In this document: positions 19,865-31,400 of the stretch, one piece after another
How the letters are laid out: each line of letters opens with the position of its first letter
Numbering within the stretch: the first letter of the stretch is position 1
From: an uncultured Gammaproteobacteria bacterium
GTDB taxonomy: Bacteria > Pseudomonadota > Gammaproteobacteria > JBGSLN01
Direction: 5' to 3'
Assembly: GCA_963748135.1 (NCBI GenBank)
Contig: CAVVHY010000044.1
Location: forward strand, 1,376-65,375
Length of the DNA: 64,000 bases
Made by a program: the position numbers and the translations under genes
Notes under the pieces: model-generated
Told to the model about the DNA's origin: nothing
Seen by the model: only the letters and a program-made list of their open reading frames with translations
Databases searched by the model: none

Positions 19865-22352
19865 TTATAGGTTAGGTTTATTTTCTGTGGGGCTATCTTC
19901 AACTTTTATAGCTTTTGTTGAACTTGTATCGCTATTTTCAGTTTTTTCTTTACCGTTGTCTTTTTTAGCTTTGCCTTTAAACTTTCGGGTTATGAACATA
20001 CGAGCACTTTTCAAAGGTGCTCTATTAGAAGAACCTCTCAGTGCTGCAGCCCGTAAATCATCCATGGCAGGCGCATCAATACTGACACTGGCACCAAGGC
20101 CATTGTCTATTTCGGTAGATAATTTTGAAGACCCTGATTTCGAAGATCTATGGCTTGATTTTGTGGGGACACTTTGGGTGCTCTGTAAAGGTACTATCAA
20201 TTGGCTACGTCCTTTGGAAGTTTTATATTTTACCCGTGTAAAGATCCCTTGATGTGAAGATTGTAAGTCAAACGGTCGTCTACTCCCGGCAGTTGTTTTT
20301 CGATTTGTTGTTTTGTTAGGAAAAGTTTCTAGTGTGTTTTTTAGTAAAGTGTCGAGCTCACTAAATATTGCGTGATTTTCCGCGTTCGCAATTGTTTTTA
20401 TGAATAAATTAGGCTGGTTGAAGTTATTGCTGAAGGTTAGTATAAAATGGACGAAGATGTCATTAGCAAAAATATCTTGATTATTTAATATGGCCGGGTT
20501 AATAATGCAGAGGACTGTAAAGATATTTTTTAAATTTGATAACTCTTGTTTGTCTAGACTTCTATCTTTTTCCTTACAGATTTCAATAAATCTGTCGAGA
20601 TATACATATACTGTATGAGAGAAATCACTTGTTGTGATAGCATTAAAAATTTCAGGGATATATGCATCAATTGATTTTGTTAACACTTTATAGTTATTTT
20701 TAATGCGTTCATCCGGTGAAAGATATAATATCATAGCCGCGATACTTACATGGGCAACGAGTGGTTCAGGAATAAAAGCGTTATATACATATGGTTGAAT
20801 AAGTTCTTCCATATCATATGATTCAAGTAAATTTTTAAATAACTGCTCTAGAATTTTTTTGGTATGGTGATACTGTAAGTAATCCTTTAAAGGTAATTGA
20901 TTGACATCATAACCATTCAACTGTGTTTCAGCATTGCGTCTTTGCTCAATTAACATCCTAATGCAAATGGCATCAATATCTGAACCTGTGTGTTGACGCT
21001 GATTTCTTGATTGCCTTGTCGTATCAAAGGCAAAGGTCAATATGTTGACGTGGAAGTTAGACAACTCAGGTTTAATGGACGGTTCAAGGTTTAATAATAA
21101 AGGCATCGCGCTTCTTTTAATATTAATAGCATCAATCTCTGTAGCTAATTCGGCTAGCACTGCTTGATATGATACGACATCCTTCGTTTGAGTCTCATGG
21201 TAATGTATCATATGTTCAAAAGCGTCCTCAAACAAGCTTCTAATCTCATTTTCTCTGCTCTTAATATGTTTAATAAAATAAGCTTTATTAAAAACACTTG
21301 GATCATAATCACGAAGCCAGGCGATATTTATACAGCTATATCGATCAGCTTGATTTTCATTTATTAACCTTATCAGACCATAACCAATATAATGAATAAA
21401 TATATCTCTGTCACTATTATTATCAAATAGTTTCGATAATCCATAATCTGGAAATAATTCTTCATGCCAATAACGGGAGATAAAATTTAATATAACTTGT
21501 ATTAAGTTTTCGGCTTCTTCGATGCCAAGTTTAATTTTATTGAATAATAAAATTAAATTATTTGCTTGATTGGAACAGTTGGAATTTTTTTGGTTCTGTT
21601 GTTTAATGTCTTGAATAGCTTTTAGAATTTCTTCAATGTTCTGTAATAATTTTAGAGGTTCCTTTACATTAATTAATTTAATCAATGAATTGGCGGGTTC
21701 TGACTCAAGATAACGCCTTGCAAATTGTTCGCATTGAGTTGTTAAAGATAGGAAGTTGAATTTACTAGTAGTGTTTTGTGCAAATTGCCTTCGTAAGGCA
21801 TTTAGTCGTGTTTTAATGTCAGCTGCAGTAGCTTGGCATGCTTGATCTTTTGAATTTTGGGAGACGATTGCATCAATAGCCTCGATATGCCTATTAAAGT
21901 CATTTTTTACAGGTGAACTGCAACTTGATAATAAGTTAATCCTGGTTGCAAATCCTTTATTGGTTAGAATGGCTAACGATTGGTAAAGAGTTTTTCTTTG
22001 GTCAATCCCTGCCATATCTAGGTTCGAACCCCAGAGTAATTTTAAAAATTTAGGGTAAAAACTACGTTTTAAATCAGCTTCTATCATGGTTCTGATAAAT
22101 CTAAAAAGCATATTCAAATTATCTATATTTGGTAAAGCTGGACGTACTTCAGGGGGATCTCCAGCAATAAGTTTCCCAGTTGCACGCGAACTTAAGAGTT
22201 CATAATTAGTGTGGGCATACATTAATGCACGGAAAATAGTCGTTCTCTCAGGTATCGAGGTATTACTTAAAAATGGTAATAAGCTGAAAGAATTAAATGA
22301 GTGTGTACTGTCATTAGTAGGTTTTATTCGTTGTAGAGGATTTTGTCTATAC
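19865..22352 (-). CDS. large hypothetical protein (effector candidate) with a basic Ser/Lys-rich C-terminal tail
   Basis: Long uninterrupted ORF. Preferred start is ATG 22352 (MYRQNPL) with GGGAG 5 nt upstream; the track start at 22366 is a TTG. No recognisable domain. Confidence 0.7.
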
Positions 22353-22746
22353 ATTAGTGCTCCCAAGCAAGTCTAAATTGCATCTGTTAGATAATGTGCT
22401 CATAAATCACGCTACAACATAATATAGACTTTAATTATAACGGCAGAATTCAAATTAGGCGACCTTTTGTAGATAATTTGTAGATGATTTCTTGATGGAT
22501 ACTTTCTCTGTTTGATAGCAAAATAGAGTAGCAACTTGTGAGATTTGATTAATTTTTGTTTGATTTTGACTGGTAATTCTAATCCGAGTTCTGTATAATC
22601 TGTATAGCATAAGTACTGGTGAGTTGAATTTTGAGCACTATCAAAATGCACACCTAAGTATTACTTAACAAGTTTGTCTGTGTTACGCTAAATTTAGGCC
22701 TTCAGGATCGCATCAAATTCGATTCGCTGGATTTTAATTATCTAAG

Positions 22747-24153
22747 ATGGATAAGCAAACCATGCTATATCAAAATCTTACCATAGATCTCGATAAGTTA
22801 CGCTGCGAAATTGAAAATGGGTCTAACCTACAAACTAGAAATTTACAAATTCTGGTGGCCTATCTACGCGAAAATCCTAAGCAAAACCTATTTCTGAAAG
22901 GGCACAAGTATGAGTTCACTTACCAAGATCCTGATAACGTTGGTAGTAACTGTGTATATGTATTATCTACTAGTCAGAATTTAATTGTACGCTATAATGA
23001 TGATGACTTAAGGGCTCAAACTGGGCCGGTCAAAATCAAATTAAACCCATTTGACCCAAACGATCCAGAAACTGAGTTAAAGCAATCTGGTCTTAATGGT
23101 AAAATATACCTTTCGAGAAGTCACTTTAAGATTACTACTAGCAAAATTGTTAATCATCACGAACGCAAAAATCCAGAAGCATATCAAGACTTCGAGTTAA
23201 CAGCCATCAATAAGCCGCGGATCATAAAAACCTTTGCTAGGTATCCTCATGAATCTGAATTAGCTTTCCGCCAGCGCATGGAGCGCGTTGCAAAATACAA
23301 TAAAAGATATATTGCAGGTGGTGATAATTTTTCTGATCATAATTATCAAATTGCATATATAAAAGATAAGGCTGGCGAAATTAGGAAAGCACTATTTTGC
23401 ATGAAATACCTAGATGGTCTGTCTCTAAAGGATGCCGTAAATACAGGACTAATTGATGAGTTAACTGTTAATGAACGTTTGCAATTGGCAGAGGATATCA
23501 CCAATATTTTGCAATGGCTAGCTGATGATCAGGTCGTTCACGGTGATATAACATTTGGAAATCTTATCTTTTATGCTCGCAAGCAAATTAAGCGTTTTTC
23601 CAAACCAGTTAAGCAGCCAAGGATTGTCCTCATAGATTATGAAATGGCCTCTAACAAAGCCGAAAGAGAGCAGGGCTTTGTGCCAGGTGGTACTCCTAAT
23701 ATGTGCGCACCAGAAATATTCAGCCCCAATGCGAAAACTCTGATTAGTTCTAAAAGTGATATTAGTGCCGCCAGTTTTGTTTTGGCGGTACTTCTATTTG
23801 GCAGAAGCGCGATTACAACTGATTACAAAGGTAGTATAAAAATCCCCATCACAAATTTCAATGATGCTCGAAAACATAAATTAAGCCTATTCTTCGAGCA
23901 TGGCAAGTTAGAGCCTGCACAACGTTATCGTTATCGATTCAATGCTAATTCGGTTGATAAAAGATTGTACGGGCCAACATTAACAAAAAGACTGATTAAG
24001 CTATTAAAAGATATGCAACAATTTGATCCTGAAAAGCGTCCCTCAGCGAAGGACATCCATAACGAGTTAATGGCATGCCAGGAACAAATAGCAACTCAGT
24101 CTCCACCAAAGAAAAAGCGAAGATTCTTAACAAAGCTTAGATTAAGCGTCTAA
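22747..24153 (+). CDS. eukaryotic-like Ser/Thr protein kinase
   Basis: Catalytic loop VVHGDITFGNLIF, DFG-equivalent LIDYEMAS, APE motif GGTPNMCAPE, candidate VAIK lysine in ALFCMKY. The kinase domain is in the C-terminal ~270 aa. Confidence 0.75.
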   Translation: MDKQTMLYQNLTIDLDKLRCEIENGSNLQTRNLQILVAYLRENPKQNLFLKGHKYEFTYQDPDNVGSNCVYVLSTSQNLIVRYNDDDLRAQTGPVKIKLNPFDPNDPETELKQSGLNGKIYLSRSHFKITTSKIVNHHERKNPEAYQDFELTAINKPRIIKTFARYPHESELAFRQRMERVAKYNKRYIAGGDNFSDHNYQIAYIKDKAGEIRKALFCMKYLDGLSLKDAVNTGLIDELTVNERLQLAEDITNILQWLADDQVVHGDITFGNLIFYARKQIKRFSKPVKQPRIVLIDYEMASNKAEREQGFVPGGTPNMCAPEIFSPNAKTLISSKSDISAASFVLAVLLFGRSAITTDYKGSIKIPITNFNDARKHKLSLFFEHGKLEPAQRYRYRFNANSVDKRLYGPTLTKRLIKLLKDMQQFDPEKRPSAKDIHNELMACQEQIATQSPPKKKRRFLTKLRLSV

Positions 24154-24315
24154 CTTGTGAAAGTCGGTATCGCAATGCGTTACTGACAAATGCGTGTGGT
24201 CATTTTTCGAGGTTGTTAAAAGTTTTATGTAACAGTCAGCTAATTTAATTTTTATACTCATTTATGGATTGAAAAGTTAACAAAGTAGTTATAGCGTTAC
24301 ATAACAACGACTTTA

Positions 24316-26526
24316 TCAATTGAGTACTATATATTTGCCGACAGAGGTTAGCTCTAGCTTACTTTGTATTTGTCTTGTAAAGTGATCATCTTTACCGAGA
24401 CAACTTATAGCAATTTTATTACTGGCCATATAGAGATTTCTAGCAATATCATTATCACCTAAAGCCTGGTGACAGTCAGCAATCGTTAATTGACAGCGAC
24501 ACATTTGATGAGAATGAGGCAATATCGCTTGTATTTTCATTTGAATACTTTTTAAATCAGCAATTGTATGCTTTATCTTATCTATTTGCTCATTTCCAGT
24601 CTTCATTTTTTTGATTTGGATAAATTCAGCATCAACAGATTTATATTTGTTTATAATGCTCTTCATTTTTTGTTGAAGCTTTTTACACTTGTTTATTTTC
24701 ATTGCTAGCTTTGATGCTTCGTTAGGAAAAAAATCATTGTGAAGACGGATGCCTAATTGACAGTACATTATTGCCCTATTAAGAAACCCAGCATCTCTAT
24801 AAAAAGAAGCAAGATTAGAATAGCAAATCAGCATTTCCTTGCCGTTAGGCCGTTGTTGTTTATAACTATTTAATGCTTGTAGCATCAAACTTATCGCTCT
24901 ATGGTATTGACGTTTACGATGTGCGGCAACTGCCATCTTTGTTAACTCTTGAGGCCTCACTTTAACCTGCTTTAGCTCTGTTGGCTTGTAACGATATTTT
25001 TTAAGTGCAGCGGCAAATAATTGAGGTTCAATGCCATACTTTTTAAGAAACGCAATAAGAACCATATTTTGTAAGATGATTTCAGAAATCTCATTAGCTA
25101 AGGCACCGATAACTTTGGCATCTTCTGTTATCTCTTGGTCACTAAATTGTATTAAAGCTTGATAATAATCAAAGTTGATAACCTTTGGGTTATTTGTCAT
25201 CTGAAAGATCTTGAGATCACGTAATACAGCATATAAAAATAGACAGGTCAGATGTGGATAATTTATGGTGTTTAAATAGTCAGAAAAGATCCAATTAATA
25301 TTAGATATATGTGTTCGATGAATGTTTTTTAATATGCTCTTATAAAAAGCAGGATCTTTTTTTTCAATATTTGTTAAGTATGCTTGCAAGTCCATAATAA
25401 AAAATTGGCGCATAATATTACGTAAGGATACATTTATTTTTTGCATGATGAAAGCTTTAACTTTATTATCCATGGCTTCAGCTATTTTTCCAAGATAATA
25501 TTCCTTACTTAGGAAGATCACCGTGTCTGATTCCTTCTTAAAATCTTTTGGTGGTATCGGTGTATGGCAACTAACGAGCGTTTCATGATTAAGGGTAGAA
25601 CTAGTGTTGCATGGTCGTTGTGGTAATTTATAAAAGCCATCAATAAGTTGAATGTCAACTGTATTTTTGCTTGTGTCATAAATCGCAGTTAAAACAATTC
25701 TAAATGTTGGGTAATAGATGTCTTTGTCAACAGCTAATTTCTTCGGGATTATTAATTCTTGAATAACGATACTTTCAAAGTTCATTTTTTTTAAGATATT
25801 AATAAGCTCTTTAATTTTATATCTTTGTATAGGCGACAAGCTATTTTTACTATTCCTATTGCTAAAGATGGTGTCTAATGCAGCTGATAACTGTTCTTTT
25901 TTTATGATTATATTGCCTGATGATCGGCTGCCTTGTTGAGGTTTTATAATAAAATGATCTATATTTGCAGTTATAATTTTAGACTTTAATTGAGTATAGT
26001 TATGTCTATTTGCAACAAATGTTTTCGGAATTAAGTTTGGGTGGTGGGAGAATATTTTTGCAAATACAACTTTATCATCAGCAAATAAAAATAAGTCTGA
26101 CGAATTAAGGATTGGAATTTCAATGTCTAACCGCATCAAGGCGGAGGAAAAATTAGTTTCTCTAAGGCCATGTTTTGTATTATACCTGTCGATAATAATC
26201 AAAGCATCGTTGGGCTTGTGTTGTTCAAGAAATGCCAGAAATTTCTTTAAAGTTTCAAACACTTTAATTTTTTTATGTTTTGCTATAAATTCTTTACCAA
26301 GTATTTTTTTTAAGATATTGGTGCCTGTGTTGACAATAAATAATTGCTCAACGTGGTTCAATAAATTCTCAATAATTTTTTGTCTCATTGTAGCCGAGTT
26401 AATATTATTGAATCCTGTATAACCTGAGTCCATAGCGCGATTCCATTCATATAATACAACGCTTTCTTGTCCTTTTGTGTCAGTAATAGCTCCATCAATA
26501 TTAAATGTGATAAATAGCTTTGTCAT
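24316..26526 (-). CDS. large TPR-containing protein; N-terminal half possibly ATP-grasp/TTL-like
   Basis: C-terminal TPR_12-like units (ICYSNLASFYRDAGFLNRAIMYCQLGIRLH; CQLTIADCHQALGDNDIARNLYMASNKIA). The N-terminal region has HFIIKPQQGSRSSGNIIIKK and IVIQELIIPK..YPTFRIVLTAIY, reminiscent of ATP-grasp strands. No clear E-x-N Mg motif was seen. Confidence 0.55.
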   Translation of the reverse strand: MTKLFITFNIDGAITDTKGQESVVLYEWNRAMDSGYTGFNNINSATMRQKIIENLLNHVEQLFIVNTGTNILKKILGKEFIAKHKKIKVFETLKKFLAFLEQHKPNDALIIIDRYNTKHGLRETNFSSALMRLDIEIPILNSSDLFLFADDKVVFAKIFSHHPNLIPKTFVANRHNYTQLKSKIITANIDHFIIKPQQGSRSSGNIIIKKEQLSAALDTIFSNRNSKNSLSPIQRYKIKELINILKKMNFESIVIQELIIPKKLAVDKDIYYPTFRIVLTAIYDTSKNTVDIQLIDGFYKLPQRPCNTSSTLNHETLVSCHTPIPPKDFKKESDTVIFLSKEYYLGKIAEAMDNKVKAFIMQKINVSLRNIMRQFFIMDLQAYLTNIEKKDPAFYKSILKNIHRTHISNINWIFSDYLNTINYPHLTCLFLYAVLRDLKIFQMTNNPKVINFDYYQALIQFSDQEITEDAKVIGALANEISEIILQNMVLIAFLKKYGIEPQLFAAALKKYRYKPTELKQVKVRPQELTKMAVAAHRKRQYHRAISLMLQALNSYKQQRPNGKEMLICYSNLASFYRDAGFLNRAIMYCQLGIRLHNDFFPNEASKLAMKINKCKKLQQKMKSIINKYKSVDAEFIQIKKMKTGNEQIDKIKHTIADLKSIQMKIQAILPHSHQMCRCQLTIADCHQALGDNDIARNLYMASNKIAISCLGKDDHFTRQIQSKLELTSVGKYIVLN

Positions 26527-26781
26527 TTAAATCCCAGTATTTAGTGTTGTTTGTTAAACATTATACCAAATACATTGACCTAATTTCAGCGATGTTTTGC
26601 AACATCATATGAAGAATAAAGATGCAGTGTATCACAAGAAACAATACCTTACATTGTGGCCATGAGACTTATTTATATTGATATGTGGCCTAAATTTAAA
26701 TGTGAGCGGCAAATTAAGTCTGAATTACTATAAAAACTGCGTTATGGTTTTATTATTAAGAAATTCGCTCGAGCAAGAGGG

Positions 26782-28293
26782 TTATATTTTTAATCTTTGT
26801 GTTAGATTAGTTGATGGTGGGGGGTTAGGAAAGAGTTGACGCAAAATGTTCTTTCCTTCCTTAGGCGTTAAGGTGGCCTGAGGTGAGTTGGTTGCGCTTA
26901 ACACGCCAAACTTTACAATATGCTCTACAATTTCAAGAGGAAGACGCCGGACATAATTGTTTTCCGTATTCCAAGCACGAATTGTAACTTCAGCTAATAT
27001 CTTCTTTTCGATATAAGGTTTTAAATAACCTAGCATCTTAGAAAAGATCAAAACCAATTGGTATGGTGTAATGTTGTCGAGATTAAGTTTATCGTTACTC
27101 CGATCCTCGTTCAATTTAAACAAGACAGCGTTCACAACTCTATAGCGTTTATTATTTTTAGAAAGGTTCTTCCCTAGAGAAGAAATTAGCCGCTTCCATT
27201 TGGATTGATTAAAAAACAGAACCAGATTTTTAAAATAATCACCATCTTTAAAATAATTGCTCGTCTTCTTGTTATCCATATTCTTTATGACCTGCTTTAG
27301 CCTTGTATATGTTAGGTGTTGAAGAAGCTCATGAACAATGAAAATTTCATTCGCCTTTGGATAAGTAATATCAAGTTCTAAGCGCTTGGCTCGCAACAAA
27401 CAATCCATAAAAGGTTTTGTAAAGGGTGATGTTTTTAAAAGATTATCATTAAAAAAATCGGTGATAATTTTTTTTGCTCTATCTCGCATTTGAGTAAGTT
27501 CTATATTATTTATATACCTTTCCCACCAAAGCTGAACTTGTTCATTATCTTGGGGGGCGACTTGACCCAATAGATACAAACATCCTACAGTATATTGCGC
27601 TAACGCAAACTCTTGTTGGGCCGCCTTTAGAAACAATTCAAAGGCCTTCTCATCATTTTGTGCAACGCCTTCTCCGACTATATACATATTTCCTAAATTA
27701 AATTGCGCCGCTGCAAACCCTTGTTCAGCTGCTTTTTGAAAGCATATAAAAGCCTGCTCATAGTCTTGGACAACTCCACGCCCATCATGATACAGCACAC
27801 CCAGCATATTGCAGGACGGGAGATGCTTCTTCGCTGCAGCCTTAAAATATGCAAATGCTCTCGACTCGTCGGGCGCTGTTAACCCTATACCGCTTAAGGC
27901 TTGTGACCCATGCCAGAAATATTCGAATGCTTGTTCATCAGAATCTGCATCGCAAATATTAATTTTGTTTATAACGCTAGTAACACTAGAACTTGCATTT
28001 TGTTTACCAAGTCGCAATCGCTCTATTGCAATAGTATTTCGCGTTAACTCAAAGGCGCGATAGTAGGCAGCACACGCATTTAAGAACTTACTATTGCTTG
28101 TTAAAGCATCCCCCAGTCGAATGTATAATTGGGTTAAATCTTTTTTAAGAGTTCGATAAGCGGATGTATCTTTAGCAGATGCTGCTTCTAATTTCATTTC
28201 CAGCTTAGCAATGTTTTCTTGAATATCCACGAGTTCTTCAGCCGATACAGTCGTATCTGTCTTTTCGCGCTTGAAGTCGTAATGTTTTTGCAT
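26782..28293 (-). CDS. Sel1-repeat protein, Sel1 paralog family (intact copy)
   Basis: Several SLR units (AFAYFKAAAKKHLPSCNMLGVLYHDGRGVVQDYEQAF.., AAQFNLGNMYIVGEGVAQNDEKAF..). N-terminal coiled region and a ~230-aa C-terminal non-SLR domain, shared with 58154..60067 and 60610..61203. Confidence 0.9.
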   Translation of the reverse strand: MQKHYDFKREKTDTTVSAEELVDIQENIAKLEMKLEAASAKDTSAYRTLKKDLTQLYIRLGDALTSNSKFLNACAAYYRAFELTRNTIAIERLRLGKQNASSSVTSVINKINICDADSDEQAFEYFWHGSQALSGIGLTAPDESRAFAYFKAAAKKHLPSCNMLGVLYHDGRGVVQDYEQAFICFQKAAEQGFAAAQFNLGNMYIVGEGVAQNDEKAFELFLKAAQQEFALAQYTVGCLYLLGQVAPQDNEQVQLWWERYINNIELTQMRDRAKKIITDFFNDNLLKTSPFTKPFMDCLLRAKRLELDITYPKANEIFIVHELLQHLTYTRLKQVIKNMDNKKTSNYFKDGDYFKNLVLFFNQSKWKRLISSLGKNLSKNNKRYRVVNAVLFKLNEDRSNDKLNLDNITPYQLVLIFSKMLGYLKPYIEKKILAEVTIRAWNTENNYVRRLPLEIVEHIVKFGVLSATNSPQATLTPKEGKNILRQLFPNPPPSTNLTQRLKI

Positions 28294-28398
28294 GATTAAA
28301 CTGCCTTTGTCGATAAGGACGCAATTACTAGATTATACGCCATACCACAATTAAACTGCTTATTAGACCAGGTCAAAATACTTGTTAGTACTGGAATA

Positions 28399-28464
28399 TA
28401 TTGAACGTCAACTATGATTGCCGATCGTATTGCATCATTAGAAGATCATAGTTGACGTTCAATA
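28399..28464. repeat. 20-bp perfect inverted repeat (hairpin) between the ParA-OTU gene stop and the Sel1 gene start
   Basis: TATTGAACGTCAACTATGAT (28399-28418) and ATCATAGTTGACGTTCAATA (28445-28464), with a 26-nt spacer. Confidence 0.8.
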
Positions 28465-28482
28465 ACCTTCAAAACAGAAGAA

Positions 28483-31400
28483 TTAACCAGCATGATGCTT
28501 TCCAAGACTTGCAAATTTTCTTTTACGAGAATAACGTCGTTCCTGGGTAGTAGTCATATCTGTATCTTTATCCGATGATGATGGAGAACTTGGAATGCCA
28601 AATAATCCTAACCTAGGCGATTCAGATCGTTGTAAAAATCCAGTTACTCTCGGACTTTGAGGAGAATGTTCTCTGGCGGCTTGCTGTGAATCGCTTAAAA
28701 AATCCCTTAATATCGATTCAGCATCCTTCGTCCCATCTAATATCAGTGAATCATAGTGATTGTCAGTGTAATAAACAAAAATTGGTTCACCAGTAAAACG
28801 ATGTGCATCTTGATCATTGACTAGACTACCCTCTGGGTTTACAACCATTATGGGTCTATCTAGTAAACGCATTAAGACTTCAATTTCAACATGGGAAGCC
28901 CATTCCTTGCCTTTTCTTACATCTTCAATGTAATCGGTTACCGTTTTGCCATCAGGTCGCGCTAGAAAATCGCGAAAATCATCAAGGTTATGTTCAATAT
29001 GAGCAGCCACAATACGTCGTAACCAGGCTTGCGTTTCACCCAGGTAAAGTCCGACTGCATGAAACAAGCAATGTCCGTCACCGGGAATGCTTTGGTAAAT
29101 AAGGCCATCAATCCTGGTCGCATCATTGAGAATTTGCCGATGTGCCAAGCATAGTTTATTTGTATTTAAATCCACATCCGGCAGTGGTTCCCCCTTATAT
29201 ATGGCTCGTGCTATCTCTATAATCATTGAACCGAAACCGTAATTATCTTGATAAGCTATATCAGAGCAGTAAATATCATTCCTTGTTAGATTAGGATGCA
29301 AGTCTTTTAAGGCCTTGAAAAGATAGTTCGGTATCGGTTCTCCCATCGGATCATAATAATTGATTTTGGGTAAATTTACCGGATTTCTTGAATATTCAAG
29401 CCAAAGTAATGTCCCATGGTTTGTGCTAGTAAAAAGTAATGGGATAATCAAATTAATGTTATCTCTTGTGCTTCGTCGTTGTGTTTTTAGTTGATCCAGA
29501 ATTGCGGATAAACGATCTTTTAATATTTTTACGTTTGAAGGACTAATTTTAATGGTGGGTATAATTTGATAATTACGGTCATTATAACCAATGTAATGTC
29601 GTAAAAGAGCATCGATCCTAACATTATCGTATGGTTGTTGACTAATTAATCTTTCGCGAGTGATATCTTCTAATCTTTTTTGTCGCTTTGGTAACATCGC
29701 ATAAAATGAACCATCTTTCATTAAGACATGTAATTCATTGGTATACTTAGGTACATCACGGATAGCATTAGATGTAAAGTATTTATCCCCAGGAAAATCA
29801 AATATTGGGTTATAATTACCTTCCGGACTTTCTTCCCATATAACTAAACGATACTTTTCTTTATTGCCTTCTAGAGCCATACTTAACAATATCGCTTTTA
29901 ATAGGTGTTTCTGTTGCTCAGGATTGAAGACACCCGTCGCAGTAAAACTGCATTTTGCTGATTCAATTACCTTAAGGTATGCACGACAATCTTTATCCTT
30001 AATTTGGTTGAGCAAGGTATTTCTAAGGCGCTTTTTTCTGTTCCTATTTCTGATTCTATCATATTTTTCCAAGTCCGATATAATCTTTTTCTCATGATCG
30101 TTACGGTTACGTGGCGATTGCTGTACCCAAAAATTCAACATCTCATCACGACTCTCACGAGAGACGGCCGCTAGTGCATAATAGAATATTTCCTTTTTTA
30201 AATAACGCAATACTCTTTCTGTTTTACGTGAGTTTAGATCTAATTGTAAACCTATGGCTTTACTGATTTCACGAGGATTATTAGGGATAGGTAACTTACA
30301 AAAAAGATCACATTGTTCTGGATCCAAGGGATTCGAGTAGATCCTGAAATCCAGGCTTTCATTACCAAAATCAAGCCTCTTTTCAACATGAACATCGTTT
30401 GATTTAATCGGACCAAAAATACTTGTCGATAACCTGAAATTGTCTATGTCCGCAAAACCTAATTTGTGAAGTGCCGATGCATCCATATTTCCTAATAACA
30501 TCGCAATCAGGCGTTTAAATTGCTGATTAAAAAATCTTCGTTTTACCATTTCCTCGGTTGAAGCATAGGATAGTACTTCTGCAATCGGACGACCGGTTTC
30601 TTGTGTCGTTTTGCCCAGGGAAGCAAAATCTTTAATCCCAAATCGAAATAGTTTAAATTTCTCTCTCACCATGGGCGAGGGTTCACCATCAGCTTGCATA
30701 TTACGGAGAGTGGGTAATAAAGTTGACTCAATTGCAGCATGTATTTTTTCCCACCATTTTGCATAAGCAGTTACCACATCTGGCTTACCTTTCTTCTGTT
30801 TATGAACTGGATAACGTAATACTGCATAACCTAAAAACTTCGCGGGTTTGCCCAAGCGCATAAAATCAGCAAGTTCAGAGTTTCGGTAAAATTCCATTCC
30901 AGGAACCCATTCAGATATTTTCTTGCATAAACCGCTGATCCCTTGCAAAGAATAGCCATCAGGGTAAATAGGCAGTACAAAATAATCGCTCGTTAATATA
31001 TAATTGGCATTGAGAATGCTCATACCAGGATTCAAGTCTAATAAGATGACATCAAAGTTATTTACTTTTCCAATATGTCTCAAGTAGTTAGACAAATAAG
31101 CAAAGGTTTTTGTTTTGCCGACATCATTTTTATTGTGTGTAAGATAAGAAGAGGACGCCGCAGTATCTGCATCAGTAAACTCTAAATGACCTGGCAATAA
31201 ATATAAATTGTCATAGGCAGTTTTACGGAGCTTGACATGTTTAACACGAGCAAAAAAGTCGCCTTCTTCAGCAGCATTGATATTAATTAGAGGTTTAAAA
31301 CAATCGTAGATATGACGCTGATCTGAAGCTCTACTCACTTCTCTTGGGCGCGCATCGTCATGATAGAAATCATAAACTAATTCTTCGAGATCTGGCGGTA

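Noticed and set aside
26440-26526. HAD-phosphatase motif I in the N-terminus of the 736-aa protein (ITFNIDGAIT against FDxDGTL).
   Set aside because: The nucleophile Asp is Asn, and no motif II/III was recognisable. A single short match is not enough.
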